A DNA stretch of 64,000 nucleotides from Mustelus asterias (GCF_964213995.1 NW_027590143.1:868001-932000); one strand, 5' to 3'. Positions 1 through 12,368 are shown, counted from the first letter of the stretch. Notes: generated from the letters alone by a model not told the origin. Numbers and translations: made by a program.

Positions 1-419
1 AACAGAAACATATTTCCCGCAACACGCAGGTTGTAACGGGATCGTGTTTGCAGCGGTTAAATGACACTCCGTTAAATGAACACCTTCGAAGGAGATCAGA
101 TCCTCGCCTTCGCTTTACGTTATTTGAAGGGGAAACTAAACTGTCCGTGGGTTTATAGATCTCGGGTTTGTCAAAGCTTTTATCCAGTTTATCGAGTTTG
201 TCAAAGTCCCTCACCGGCTACAGTGGGGCCTGCAATCCCACTTTAACTCTTCGCTCTCATTCAGCTGAAGTATTTTGCCTCCTCCCTTGGTGAGACAAAG
301 TGGATTCTAATTGATATTAGAATTAATATATATTTTACCAGTGTGTTAATCGAACTGCGCAATTGAATGCAGTGAATGGTAAATACGTAAAACACAGAGT
401 TTGTAACTTGTGAACCTGC

Positions 420-471
420 CGGTTAATAGAGCTGCAGCGGTGAAGAATAAGCTCAGAGTCACAGGAGACAT
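420..471 (-). other. Probable V-gene leader exon (MSPVTLSLFFTAAALLT); its V exon is not identifiable in the window
   Basis: ATG at 471, 17 hydrophobic codons + 1 nt (phase 1 like the other leaders), followed by a GC-type donor G|GCAGGT. Confidence 0.4.
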
Positions 472-779
472 GTTTGCAGAGGGGCCGAGGCGGATGTGAG
501 CAGAGATTGTTGAAGTTAACATTTTAATTGTCAAGAGCTGGTATGAAGTTGAGTTACATCCGGGCCATTGCTGATTGGTTTATTGCTGACAACGTCATTC
601 ATTGACATCCAGCCTTAGAATTCCATTGTCTTCAAATGACCCAATCAGCGCACGGCCCCTTTGGGTCTCAGCGCCGGGAGAAAGAAACTCAGTGAGTTTG
701 TTCACCTTCCGGGGACCTGGACAGGGATGAGACCCAAACTTGTCCAGTTAATCTCTTCAACCTGGAAGGCGGAGTGAGA

Positions 780-1255
780 ACAGGAAATCGGTTAATTTTT
801 AACTGTTCTCTTCCTTTTATTCCTTTATTGTCTTTCTTATCCGCCTCCTACTCTTTCCCCTTTCCATTTCTTTTCTCCTCCTTTGCTTCGCTTTCCCCCC
901 GTTTTCTCAATTTTACCTCTTTTCCATCCATCTCCCCCCTCCCTCCTTATCTTCATCTGTCACAGCTTACCCTCTGATTTCAGTTTCCCTGTCGTTTGGC
1001 CATTCACACCTACTAGTCTCTCTTTGGACTGCTAGCAGCGTTTCCCTTTGTTTTTGTGGCTATGACTCATATTTCATTCCTTTACCAAAAAGTATAAACA
1101 CCTCCCACTTCTCATGCCTTTTAGCTTTGACAGCGGGTCATCCGGACTCGAAACGTCAGCTCTTTTCTCTCCTTATAGGTGCTGCCAAAGCAGCAGAGAT
1201 ATTCCAGCATTTTTCTTTTGGTTTCAGATTCCAGCATCCTCAGTAATTTGCTTTA
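780..1255 (+). mobile_element. Penelope-like element terminal fragment with decayed hammerhead-like motif
   Basis: TTTGACAGCGGGTCATCCGGACTCGAAACGTC at ~1126-1157 resembles CTGANGA-stem-GAAAC-GTC; related copy on the opposite strand at ~10055-10165. Confidence 0.55.
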
Positions 1256-1579
1256 ATTTGAAATTAGTTAATGTTGTTCCGGAATCATAGCCGGAGCCCA
1301 AATTAAAAGAGCTGATCTCTAACTGTGAAAACTCACCGTAGCTGATGCAAGAGGCCACTGAGTCCTGAGAGAATTGAATAGAACAATGTGGTAAATAGCC
1401 AAACACCATCTTTTAAATGGGACGAATGGAGGGCTAGAACTGGCTATTTAATAGATTTACGCAGAATGAGAGTGGATGGACATCGCATGTAGACCCTGAC
1501 CTTAGGATCTCGATCACTTGCAATATTCGCAGCATACTTATACAAAAAATCGTGTTTACGGTAAAGGGTTGGTTCGTCC

Positions 1580-2484
1580 AAACTATGTTTCTGCATTTGT
1601 TCCTTCAATCAAATGTTCTTCAATAAAGACACGCGCTCCGATAATGAACTTAATACAATGTCCTTCTGCCCTCTTCTGGTGGAAAAACAAAGCACTACAA
1701 TATACAACTTTAAAACAACCTGTTCCATTTCTGGAATCAAGATTGATTCCAACAACTGCTGATCATACATTCTCCTCAGTGTGAAGTATATTTTTAATTT
1801 CTCTTCTTTTTAATTGCGCCTGGTGGTATTCACATCTGAGAAAGTACCTGCACCGGTGTTCAACTGTTTTCGAACACTGAGATTTGGACGCAGGTCTAAA
1901 CGGCAGCTTTGCTTAGTTGCAGCCGAGAGTTGGTTAACATGATTTTTTTTGAAATGTCGGGTTGCGCAGAAATCGGTGTTGGCAAACTGCTTGATCATCA
2001 CCATCAATCGGGTATTTTGTCAGAATTAACACTGGCTATGTTTCATGATGTTAGATCCAGTTACCATTATTCCCCCAACCCGCATCTTGTATTAGAAATA
2101 GATTTTATGTCATCCATTCTACTTCTACCTGAACTCCTGAAGATAGAGGTGGAGTGACACAATATCCATGATCCGCTCTAAAAGGATTGTTGGAACATCG
2201 GATGATCAATGAGTTGCAACAATGAAAATCAGATTCAATACCACCAGGCGCAATCAAAAAGAAGAGAAATTAAAAATATACTTCATACTGAGGAGAATGT
2301 ATGATCAGCAGTTGTTGGAATCAATCTTGATTCCCGAAATGAAACAGGTTATTTTAAAGTTGCATATTGTAGTGCTTTTTTCCACCAGGAGAGGGCAGAA
2401 GGACACTGCATTAAGTTCATTATCGGAGCGCGTGTTTTTATTGAAGAAAATTTGATTGAAGGAACAAACGCAGAAACATAGTTT
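1580..2484. repeat. Long inverted repeat, arms ~1580-1838 and ~2229-2484
   Basis: AAACTATGTTTCTGC...GCGCCTGGTGGTATT is the reverse complement of AATACCACCAGGCGC...GCAGAAACATAGTTT over ~255 bp with scattered mismatches. Confidence 0.9.
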
Positions 2485-3103
2485 TATCACTGATAACAAA
2501 CTTATTATTTTTTGAAATATTCTTATGAGTTGTCAAGGTTTCTACTCCTGTAGTTATGTAACAAATATTCGATGGATAGACCAGTTCCCATTGCACAAGT
2601 TCCCAAATTATCGAACGATATTTTAGGACTAACACACCGGGACTGGTCACAATGTGGAATGAGACTTCAGAAAGAACGAGAGAGCAAAATGCACTGCAAT
2701 CGTTGGATCGTAGAACAGAAGGAACGTTGTAAGCTCTCCCGCAATAAAAGAGCTATAACAAGAAGGAGGAAACAGCTGTTCTCATTCATAACTATCTTGT
2801 GAACTGCAACTTGTCGAAGATCCAAGTGAAGAATTGCACCCTGCAATTACCAGTATTCACCAGTAGAGAGCAGTGTGTCGCGTGAGAAATATTTAATCTG
2901 GGCGTGTCAGGTGTGTACTCAGAGGCTGTGTAGGCCTGTGTCAGTGTGAAACGCTCAGTATGAGTGGCTAAAGTAGAACCCACCTAATGTTGTAACTTCA
3001 ACATAAACACGGCACTGAACTGAACCCGAAGAAAATACTTGGCTCCGGGTTAATGTTCATCGCCTGGTTCAAAGCTGATCTCGGTGTTGTGTGTGAACTG
3101 AGA

Positions 3104-3429
3104 ATGGTCAGGATTTGCATCGACGTTTTGTTGTTTTTCACTCTGATCTGCACGGGGGTGACCGGAGAAGCTGAGTTGCTGCAGCTCCCTCCACGGATGG
3201 TTATCAGTGGAGCGAGGAATATATCCATGAACTGCACTATTTCCATTCCGTTTGACATCGTGCGTTGGTATAAACAGCTCCCGAATCAGTCGCCCCAGTG
3301 ATGGCCACAAGAGGAACCGATCAACACGGGAGGATCACTACTTCGATCGGAGAAGGCAACAAACTCAGCATCCTGACTGTGAGAGACGTACAGGTTTCAG
3401 ACACTGCCACCTATTTCTGCACCATGAGG
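3104..3429 (+). pseudogene. TCR alpha/delta-type V pseudogene with leader and V in a single exon
   Basis: MVRICIDVLLFFTLICTGVTG-EAELLQ...NC...WYKQ..SPQ, frameshift/stop at ~3299, then ...LTVRDVQVSDTATYFCTMR; RSS follows. Confidence 0.9.
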
Positions 3430-3468
3430 CACAGTGTAATAAACACAGGGAGGTCCCGTACCAAAACT
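3430..3468 (+). other. RSS, 23-bp spacer
   Basis: CACAGTG-23-ACCAAAACT. Confidence 0.92.
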
Positions 3469-3904
3469 TGCACCGTTTTCAAAAACCGCTCCGCGGGAAT
3501 AACAGCGTTTCAAGAAGCGCGATATTAAATTCCAATGGTAAGGCGAAAGAGAGAAAAACATTTCTTGAATCAGAAAATTTAAAAAAGATTAAAATGAAGG
3601 GTTGGAAATGTATCCGAAGAAAATAGAAGAGATTACATTCAAATCAGAATGAGTGAAGGACAAGGCAAAAAAGTGCAGTAACAATACGTACAGAGCACAG
3701 AAAATTGGGAAACAATGCGAAGAGAAGAGGAAGAAAGTCAAAATTGCGAATGTGATGTGATGCATTTTGACAAGAAGAAACACAAAGAAACTTATGAAGT
3801 AAATGGTGAGAGATTGAAGAGGTCTTAGATTCAGAGGAATCTGCGTTTCCTAGTGCGTGAATGACAAATGCTCGCATATAGGTAGAGTAAGTGATGAGAA
3901 TGTT

Positions 3905-4075
3905 GCCGTTCAGCTCAGTTGCTGGATATCTGGCTTGTGACGCAAAGCAGCACTGACAGCATAGGTTCAATACCTGTACACGGTGTGTTCATTCATGAAG
4001 TCGCCGCCACCTCAACCTTGACCGCTCTCCTGAGATGTGGTGTGATCCTCAGGTTAAATTGCCTCCAGCCTTTGC
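3905..4075 (+). mobile_element. Degenerate tRNA-derived SINE fragment
   Basis: A-box-like AGCTCAGTTG and B-box-like GGTTCAATACC followed by a SINE-like body. Confidence 0.45.
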
Positions 4076-4121
4076 GGCTGTGGCGATTTTAACTTTATTG
4101 TTACTGTCTAACGGCGTGAGA

Positions 4122-4135
4122 GCGCCCTCTGCTGA
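4122..4135 (-). promoter_or_regulatory. CTCF-type motif 25 bp beyond RSS nonamer
   Basis: TCAGCAGAGGGCGC on the minus strand; identical 14-mer at 12511-12524 and 58354-58367. Confidence 0.7.
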
Positions 4136-4160
4136 GCACCAACTGAAATACTTACTGTGG

Positions 4161-4832
4161 GATTTTAGTATGGGACCCGCCATATCTATCGCAGTGTGGG
4201 GTCTAAGGCACATAAACATACCGCACTGTCAGTCATCACCGTGTTGCCGATCATTAGCTCAGTAATCTTGACAGTTTTATTTAATGCTGAAATGCTGAAA
4301 AGCGGTCGCTGATGTCGGTGTGTCTGTACAGTTTCCCTCCCACAATACGAAGCATGTAGTGTGGAGGCTGCCCGGGACTCTGACTATACCAGTACACATA
4401 AGGGTTAGAAGTGCTCGTCTTCATGTTGCAGGTAACTGTGACATTACTTTCCTCTTCAGCTATTATTTTGGCACCCGGCTGCTCCACTGTGTCTTGGCTA
4501 CTCCATTCTAACATAAAATAAGGGTAAAAAGAAAAGTAATCAGTACGAGCCGAATATTCCTCAACAAAATGGTCATCAAAACGATCATTATTATTTGTTA
4601 GCAATAGCATTTGGTTTTCCAGAAAGGAAATACATAAACACATCGGAGATAGGATTAGGAGTAGTCCATTCGGCCCTTGGATCGTGCCCAGCCATTCAGT
4701 TTGATCAATGTTTGATCATTCAACTCAATAACCGGATCCCATTTCTCCCATATCCTTTGATCCCCTTTGCGCCAAAACCTACTTACTGAGCAGTGAGATA
4801 ATGATGAAGATCGGAATGAGATAGTTCACCAT
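4161..4832 (-). pseudogene. TRAV/TRDV-type pseudogene: leader 4832-4787, V exon 4507-4199, RSS 4198-4161
   Basis: MVNYLIPIFIIISLL|GTAAGT; V QDTVEQ..VTC..VYWYSQ..RFSA, frameshift at tandem TTTCAGCA, DSAVCLCAL; CACACTG-22-ACTAAAATC. Confidence 0.9.
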
Positions 4833-5337
4833 TATCCTTCCTGAGTCTGTAACTGTGCAGTGAGATGAATCCTCTGTCAGAGACAGAAATACAGATGCCC
4901 GTCCCACTGCATTGCTCATCCAACCAATGAAAGGAATGCAGCAATCTTTCCAATCACACAATCGGGTCAAAGTGAGAACAACAAACGGAAGCTGTGGGCG
5001 GGGATACGGCAGACTCAATATTGAATGAAGTGTGTGGTGACTCTCAGCTGCACTGGGAGCTGGTGGAGCGGAATTAGCGACGGTTGAATCTACAAAAGTC
5101 TCTGGCCATCCTGCGCCTGCTCATTGTTCAGTTGTCCAACAATAAGTAGAGCGGCTGGGACACGATGCAATGAGAATCTTAGAATCTTGGAGCGCCGATT
5201 GAGGCCATTCGTCCTATCTATGCCTCTTTGGAAAAGTTCTCCAAATCATCTTTCATCCCCGCATTTTTCACACTGATCAGATTCTTTGTTCAAGATACAT
5301 TCAGAAGAATGAGGGGATATCTTTGTTCAAGATACAT

Positions 5338-5745
5338 TCAGAAGAATAAGGGGAGAGCTTATAGAAACATATAAGACTATGAAGGGAATAGGTAAGATAG
5401 AAGCAGGGAAGTTGTTTCCACTGGCGAGTGAAAGTAGAACAAGAGGACATAACCTTAAAATAAGGGGAAGCAGATTTAGGACTGAGTAGAGGAGGAACTT
5501 CTTCACACAAAGGGTTGTGAATCTGTGGAATTCCCTGCCCAGTGAAGCTGTTGAGGCTATTTCATTGAATGTTTTTAAGACAAGGATAGATAATTTTTTG
5601 AACAGTAAAGGAATTAAGGGTTATGGTAAGCGGGCGGGCAAGTGGAGCTGAGTCCACAAAAAGATCAGCCATTATCTTGTTGAATGGCGGAGCAGGCTCG
5701 AGGGACCTGATGGCTGACACCTGCTCCTAGTTCTTACCTTCTTAT
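5338..5745 (+). mobile_element. CR1 LINE 3' fragment
   Basis: ORF2 C-terminal region (RGELIETYK...FFTQRVVNLWNSLP) plus 3' UTR. Confidence 0.85.
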
Positions 5746-6371
5746 ACATATAATTTCCTTCTAAACATTTGTGTTTAATATTCTGCCACCATTTTAGGCA
5801 ATGTGTTTCCAACTTTGAACAACTGACAGGGCAGCAATGAATACGATCATTCTATGCTTTTCCTTCTCTTAAACTGGCACACTTGGATTATCGAATGATC
5901 GACCGTTTGAAACAGTTTTGCGTGATCTATTGCATCAAATTTTAAAATATTCTGAGCACTAAAATTAAGAAACTAATTTCATTATTTGATAAAAGAAGAG
6001 CAATTTCATTTTCACATAATCATCTGATCATTGAATGCCGTCCTCCGTGGAACTATTCCAGTTTACTTTCTCCAATATCTGGACAGTCTCACTGAACGAT
6101 GATTCCATGGTTTCTAAATATGATTTATAAACGTTAAATATTGCCTGAACATCAGCGAGCAATATAATTCAGTCTGATCAATTTCAATGTAGACCTCCTT
6201 GAAGAAGGTACTTGATATTCGTGTTTTCGGATGTAAATTAACAAACCCGAAATCCTGTCAGTGACCCCCATTCTAAGCAGAGGGCTCCAAATCCAAGCAT
6301 GCTAATTTGAAAGTCACCTGGGTCCAACGGCAAAGCCAATATGGATGGTTTCCTGAGTGAGGTCGCAATGG

Positions 6372-6387
6372 CCCTGCCCCCTGCTGT
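6372..6387 (-). promoter_or_regulatory. CTCF-type motif upstream of V leader
   Basis: ACAGCAGGGGGCAG on the minus strand, ~100 bp upstream of the ATG at 6489. Confidence 0.5.
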
Positions 6388-6488
6388 GAGTATGTGGAAC
6401 AATGTGCTGAACAGAACCCGATTCCCCTCGCTCCTTCTCAATCCCTGACTCATTCCATTCCCATTCACTGACAGAGATTCGGTCAGAC

Positions 6489-7477
6489 ATGTTTCTGATC
6501 ATACTGGTGATGCTCTGGGACAGTAAGTGATGAATTATGTTCGTTCAAACAGTTTAGCAGATTGATAAAATAGATTGTGCTATGATTTTTGGAGACTAAA
6601 TCGGTCAGGGTTATATTCACTGGAGTTTAGAAGAGTGAAGGGGATCTCATAGAATCTCATAAAATTCTAACAGGGTTAGACAGGATAGATTCAGAAAGAA
6701 TGCCCCCAATGATGGGGGAGTCCAAAACTAGCCGTCATAATTTGAAGATAAGGGGTAAACCATTTTGAACAAAGGTGAGGAGAAATCTTTCCACACAGAG
6801 CGTGGAGAATGTGTGGAATTCACTACCACAGAATGTAGCTGAGGCCAAAATGTTGTCTGATTTCAAGAAGAAATTAGATATAGCTCTTGGAGCTAAAGGA
6901 ATTAAGAGATATTGGGGAATGGAGAACCAGGATATTGAACTCAATAATCAGTAATGACCAAAATGAATGGCGGAGCAGGCTCGAAGGGCCGACTGGCCTA
7001 CTCCTGCTTCTCGTTTCAACGTTTTTCTGTTTCGATTTAAAATGGATAAAGATCAGGTATATATTTAGAGGGGCAGGTTGGAAAATGGAAATTCGCGCAC
7101 ACTTATACAGATAGATCGATCCTCTTTCATCGCGATCTTATTTTTCATTTACTTTAACAGGCGGGCTATGTGCGGTAAATCAGTCCCCGTGTCGGTAACT
7201 CTGTCGGAAGGGGGTTCGGCGAAGCTGGATTGCAAATATACAGACCAGGCTATAGACACCATGCAGTGGTATCGACAGAAACCGGCAGAGCCTCCAAGAT
7301 GGATAATTAGTAATGTAGTAGCACTGAAGAAAGATGCGATCTCAGGGCGATATCTGGCGGCTGCTGACGAGTCTACAAAGTCTGGTTATAAGCGGCCTCA
7401 GTGGAGAGGACCGAGCGGTCTATTGCTGTGCTGTGAGGCACAGCGTTAGATTACAGCTAAAACCCTGCACAAAAACC
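6489..7477 (+). pseudogene. TRAV-type pseudogene: leader 6489-6522, V exon 7161-7438, RSS 7439-7477
   Basis: MFLIILVMLWD|GTAAGT; V AVNQSP..LDCKY..MQWYRQKP..EDRAVYCCAVR with two frameshifts; CACAGCG-23-ACAAAAACC. Confidence 0.9.
6590..7020 (+). mobile_element. CR1 3' fragment in the leader intron
   Basis: CR1 ORF2 end and 3' UTR (GAATGGCGGAGCAGGCTCGAAGGGCCGA). Confidence 0.8.
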
Positions 7478-8122
7478 TCAGCGCTCTCTGTCCTGTGTCT
7501 TTGATGTCTTTAGCTGAGCTTGTTTCCAGGTTTACAAAGATAGGTTTTTATACCAATCACTTGCATTGCTGTTCAAACCCTTGTTGAAATCAACATAGAG
7601 CCAGTCTGGGAAATCTTCAGGCTTATCACCATACCCCGACGTACATCATGTCAGCAAATATCTCGGAAAATACCCAAATTCGTATCTGCCGACCGACGTA
7701 GCGAGAGCCAAGGGATATGCAGTAAGTTTAACAGATCATTGTGGGATGTTCTTCCAGACTCGAAGAGATCCAAGGACAGTGAGTCTGCCTCACTGGATTC
7801 TGTGACAAAGTCCAGAATGTGGAAAAATCTGGACTTAAATTTAACCCATGGAATGAACAATTAACGTTTAAAAAGCACCGAACAGCACAGCGATTATCAC
7901 AAAGGACCTTGGACAGCACACGGCGTCTGGTGTGGATTTTGACAAGCAATAACGCACATCTCAAAGTGCTTCTTCCTTTTCGACTGATATTAGAAAGGAA
8001 CACAGATTAGGAGTGTATTTCACTTACTGGGAGATTGGGAGAGGTTTTCCAGGGAGAGTTTTATAAAATGTCCAGCTTTCTGATGAAGCACAGGCTACAA
8101 CCAGTAGGACTGCTCCTCTGCA

Positions 8123-8655
8123 GGTGTTTGTACGACTCGTATTGATCTTTACAACACTGTGCCTGCACTGCACAGATGTAGGTGGCAGCACCTGTCACTC
8201 GAGTATCGCTAACTTTCAGAGTGCTGCGTTTCTCTTAGAAAATGTACCGAGCCGTGATCCTGTCCGGATCCCTGGTAACGCTCACCAGGTGCTGCACGAT
8301 TCTGTCCTCGTATTGTCTGTATCAGTATAGGATCTGTGGAACTGTTGTGGAACATGTGAATGTTGCAGTGGCTCCCTCGGTAACCACCACGAACTCCGGA
8401 GACTGCGATACCTCTTCACCGCCAGCAGCACCTGGGAAGTTAATGTGCATATGCAGCAATAAAATAGCGCATTATAATGTATCACAATAAAGTACCATTG
8501 TATACACAATGAAAACAATACAGTAAAGCAGAGTATAATTTAACACAATATATCTGGTGTGTGAAATATTCCTGTCAGAAACAGTGACCACACTTACACT
8601 GAGGGAAGAGTATGAAATCCAGGGAAATGATCACTAAATTGAAGCTCAACTTCAT
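8123..8655 (-). pseudogene. TRAV-type pseudogene: leader 8655-8598, V exon 8431-8162, RSS 8161-8123
   Basis: MKLSFNLVIISLDFILFPQ|GTAAGT; V EEVSQSPEFVVVTEGATATFTC..ILY*YRQ..F*EKRSTLKV..AATYICAVQ; CACAGTG-23-ACAAACACC. Confidence 0.9.
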
Positions 8656-8864
8656 GTTGGATCACGTCGAATTGTGTAAAATAGATCTCAAGCCGAAAGA
8701 GTTCCTGGGAAAGCAACGGTATTGGATATGAAACGGAGCCCAGCACCAGTTCCACTGTGAAAGCCAAAGCCGGGTCTCTGGGACTTGTGATCACAAAGTA
8801 AAGCAGTGAGGGAGCTGCAGCATCGCTGGGATTTGAGGGATGAGGGTGCGCATGCGTTAGAGCA

Positions 8865-8990
8865 TTCTGTGACGTCAGTACACCCGGCAGTGTGACATCA
8901 GTACATCCAGGCACTGTGAGACCAGAGTATCCGACATTGTGACGTCAGAGTATCTAGTATTATGACGTCAGAATGCGGATATGTGTGACG
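8865..8990. promoter_or_regulatory. Tandem ~23-bp repeat array of CRE-like motifs upstream of the V leader
   Basis: TGACGTCA 8870, TGACATCA 8893, TGAGACCA 8917, TGACGTCA 8940, TGACGTCA 8963, TGACG 8986; further AGTGACGTCA at 9555-9564. Confidence 0.8.
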
Positions 8991-9540
8991 GATTGTGTGC
9001 AGTTTTGGTTTCCTTATCTGAGGACTGATGTCCTTGCTTATAGAGGGAGTGCAGCGAAGGTTTACCAGGCTGATTCCTGGGATAGTAGGTCTGTCATCTG
9101 TGGAGTGACACAGACGGTTAGGAATATATTCACTGGAGTTTAGAAGAGTGAGAAGGGATCTCATAGAAACTTATAAAATTCTAAAAGAGTTAGACAGGGC
9201 AGATACAGAAAGAATGTTTCCAATGGCGGGAGAGTCCAGAACTAGAAGTCATAGTTTGAGGATGAGGGGTAAATCTTTTAGAACTGAGGTGAGAAGATAT
9301 TTCTTCACCAGATGGTGAACGCGTGGAATTCACTGCCACCGAATGTAGTTGAGGTCAAAACGTTGTCTGATTTCTAGAATAAATTAGACATAGCTGTTGC
9401 GGCTGAAGGTATCAAGGGATATGTGAGGGAGCGGGATCAGGGTATTCAATTCGATGATCGGCCATGATCAAAATGAATGGCGGAGCAGGCTCGAAGGGCC
9501 GAATGGTCTCCTCCTGCTTCTAGCTTCTATGTTTCTATGT
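8991..9540 (+). mobile_element. CR1 3' fragment
   Basis: CVQFW..VQRRFTRLIPG motif region, 3' UTR and TTCTATGT tail. Confidence 0.85.
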
Positions 9541-10054
9541 CACATTGCAGTCTGAGTGACGTCAGTGGATCTATTCTGAGGGTCAGAAATATCTCTCCCG
9601 GAGCTCATCTAAATATTCAGCCCTGACCTTGTGTGAATTAACACCTTATCAGAAACTGGAAGGCCCTCTACCTAACCTGTAGACTGATTTAATAATGGAT
9701 CTGTCTGTCTGTTCGGATTCTGCAGTTTGTTTTCTGGGCCGTTACTGGAAACAGTTGGGTGACAGTTTGATCCAAGGTTAATGCGGTTTCCTCTCCAGGT
9801 GTCAGAGCGGCTGATAGTGGACCTGCTCATTGCTCATCCATTGACGATTCTCCACTAATCCCGACACGGAGGATGTCACACAGTCCAAATTACGGTTGCG
9901 GGTCTGCTTTCCTTCATAAACTCCGGCTGTTAGTCTCTGTTCTCAACTCTTCAGAGTTTTCTTTCTCCGCTCAGAGTTAGAGAGAGTCCTAATATCTCAT
10001 CGGTGCTGTTACTGCTTTTGCTCTCACCGATTATCTTCAGACCATAACAGTGAA

Positions 10055-10165
10055 TGCTGAAACCAAAAGAGAAAACGCTGGAAAATCTTAGCATGTCTGG
10101 CAGCATCTGTAAGGAGAGAAAAGAGTTGACGTTTCGAATCCAGATAACCCTTTGCCAAAGCTGTG
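10055..10165 (-). mobile_element. Penelope-like terminal fragment
   Basis: Reverse-complement similarity to 1120-1230 including the GAAACGTC motif. Confidence 0.5.
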
Positions 10166-10699
10166 AATGCTGCTTGTTTGGCACAATTCGGTTCCAGAGT
10201 GAAACATTTTCACTCCATACAATATCGTGGTCGATGTTTATTGCAGCCACGTCTTCTGTATGAACATTTCAGGACAGTAGCTGAGTGAGAAAATCTCCAT
10301 GATTCAGATCTCAAATATATGTTCAAACAAGAAACAATCATACTGTCGTGCGTTAAAATTTCAGATTAAAGTCATGATTTGAAATTGAGATGAAATGTGT
10401 TAATTTCACGACTACCTGTCGGAAATGCCCCCACTGAACACCCTTACAACTCACGTGCTCCAGTACCACATTATCGCTGTCCTTTCTGGAAAAGGGAGTT
10501 TGAGATTGAGGAAAGTGCTTCAATTTTTCATAATCAAGAATCGGCTGTCATGCCTGAGGACTCTCTCAAATCCCTTCCCTGTGACCCCAGTGGTGTTTTA
10601 GAATATGTAGGTGTGAATCCGCCCGTCAGTAATTGGAAACACCCAATCGTCAATATCCTTATAAGAAGAATAGTTCTATTGTTAGGGATGGGGTAGCAA

Positions 10700-11935
10700 C
10701 GGACCCCAAAATCACGACTTCATGAACGGGGAAGAGTAATTGTGTTTGAGTAACTTTTTAGAGTTTTTTCGAGGAAGTCTCAAGCAGAGTGGATAGAGGG
10801 GAACCAGTAGATGTGTTCTATTTTGACTTCCAGAAGGGGTTCGAGAAGGCACCCAACAAAAGGCCAAGTCATAAGATAAGAGCCCATTGTGTTGGGAGTA
10901 GTATATTGGCATGGATAGACAATTGGGTAATGGGCAGGAAACAGCAATTTTGGATACGGTGTTTTCAGTTTGGCGACATGTACCGGTGGGGTTCCAGGGA
11001 CCATAACTGGTTACAATATATATTAACGAATTGGAGTGAGGAAGCAAATGTACTGTCGCCAAATTTGCAGATAACACAAACATGGGTGGAAAGGTAAGTT
11101 GCGACATTGATAAGTTCAGTAAGTAGACAAAAAAAAATGAAAATACAGTTTAATGTGGGAAAATGTGGAAATGTTCATTTTGGAAAGGAGAACAAAAGAA
11201 CAGAGTATTATGCAATTAGAGACATACGGGACTTGAGAGGTACTTGTGCACAAAATACAAAATCAAAAATCACACAAATGCAGCAGATAATCAGGAAGGC
11301 AAATGGGACATTGATCCTTATTTCAAGGGGGTTGAAGTATAACAGTACTGAAGTCTTGCTGCAACTGCACAAGATACTGATGAGATCACATCTGGGGTAC
11401 CGTAAGCAGTTTTGGTCTCCTTATTTAAGGACATATATTATTTAATTGCGGTAGTGCAGAGACGTTTTACGAGGATGATCCCCAATACAGAGGGATTTCT
11501 GATCAGGGAAGGTTCAACAGGATGGGACTCTACTCATTCGAATTTAGAAGAATGAGAGGTGATCTCATTGAAATATGCAGGATTATTGAGAGGCTTGGGG
11601 GGCTAAATGCTGTGAGGGTGTTTCCCCTCATGGGAGAGTCTCAGACCAGACGGCGCAGTCTCAGAAAAAAAAAGGAACATTGAGATGAGGTGCAATTTCT
11701 TCTTTCAGAGGGTTGTGAGTCGTTGAAACTCTTTACCACAGAGAGCTGTGGGGGCAGAGTCATTGCGTATATTTAAGGCTGAGATAGATAGATTTTTGTT
11801 CAGTAGGTGAATCGAGGCTTGCGGGGAAAGGGCAGTAAACTGAATGTGAGGAATGTTGGGTCAGCCACGATCCCATTGAATGACTCGAGAGGCCGCACGG
11901 AATTCTGCTGATCCTATTTCATATGGTCTTATGTT
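10700..11935 (+). mobile_element. Old, degenerate CR1 fragment (RT to 3' UTR)
   Basis: ORF pieces VDVFYFDFQKGFEK, QFNVGKC..VHFG, QFWSPYL. Confidence 0.85.
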
Positions 11936-12295
11936 AAAGCCTGGTTATATTGAGGCGAAAACACTGGGTTGTCAATTTTGTCAGAAAATATTCAATCGAA
12001 AGGAAAATAAACTGCTGTAACTAAGAGAGTGTAATCGGTGCGCTGTGAAATGCATTATTTTCTACAAACTATGCCTAATCCAGCAACACATTCTGACCAA
12101 TTAGACACTATGCACCGGCTATGGTAAATGCGACCAAGAAACAGACTGTAGAAAGAGGAAGTGTAGCTCATTAATTTAGACAGACACGAAAAGGTTATGC
12201 AAGTTAAAACAGACCTCATTCAATTTCTCAGTTGCTGTTCATCTGTTCTTGTTGAATGTTGTGCTGTGTCATTTTAGCAATGGTCCTGTAACTGT

Positions 12296-12368
12296 AGGCC
12301 AGTGGCGCAATGGATAATGCATTTGATTACGGATCAGATTATTCCAAGTTCGACTTCTGGCTGGCTCG
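12296..12368 (+). tRNA. tRNA-Arg(ACG) pseudogene
   Basis: AGGCCAGTGGCGCAATGGATAATGCATTTGATTACGGATCAG...GTTCGACTTCTGGCTGGCTCG matches vertebrate tRNA-Arg(ACG) with several substitutions. Confidence 0.85.

Noticed and set aside
8865-8990. CRISPR-like periodic array
   Set aside because: Eukaryotic context, degenerate tandem units without unique spacers, no cas genes
9790-9890. Acceptor-like site and GVRAADSGPAHC (D-x5-C spacing) suggesting a V relic
   Set aside because: No first Cys/Trp framework and no credible RSS
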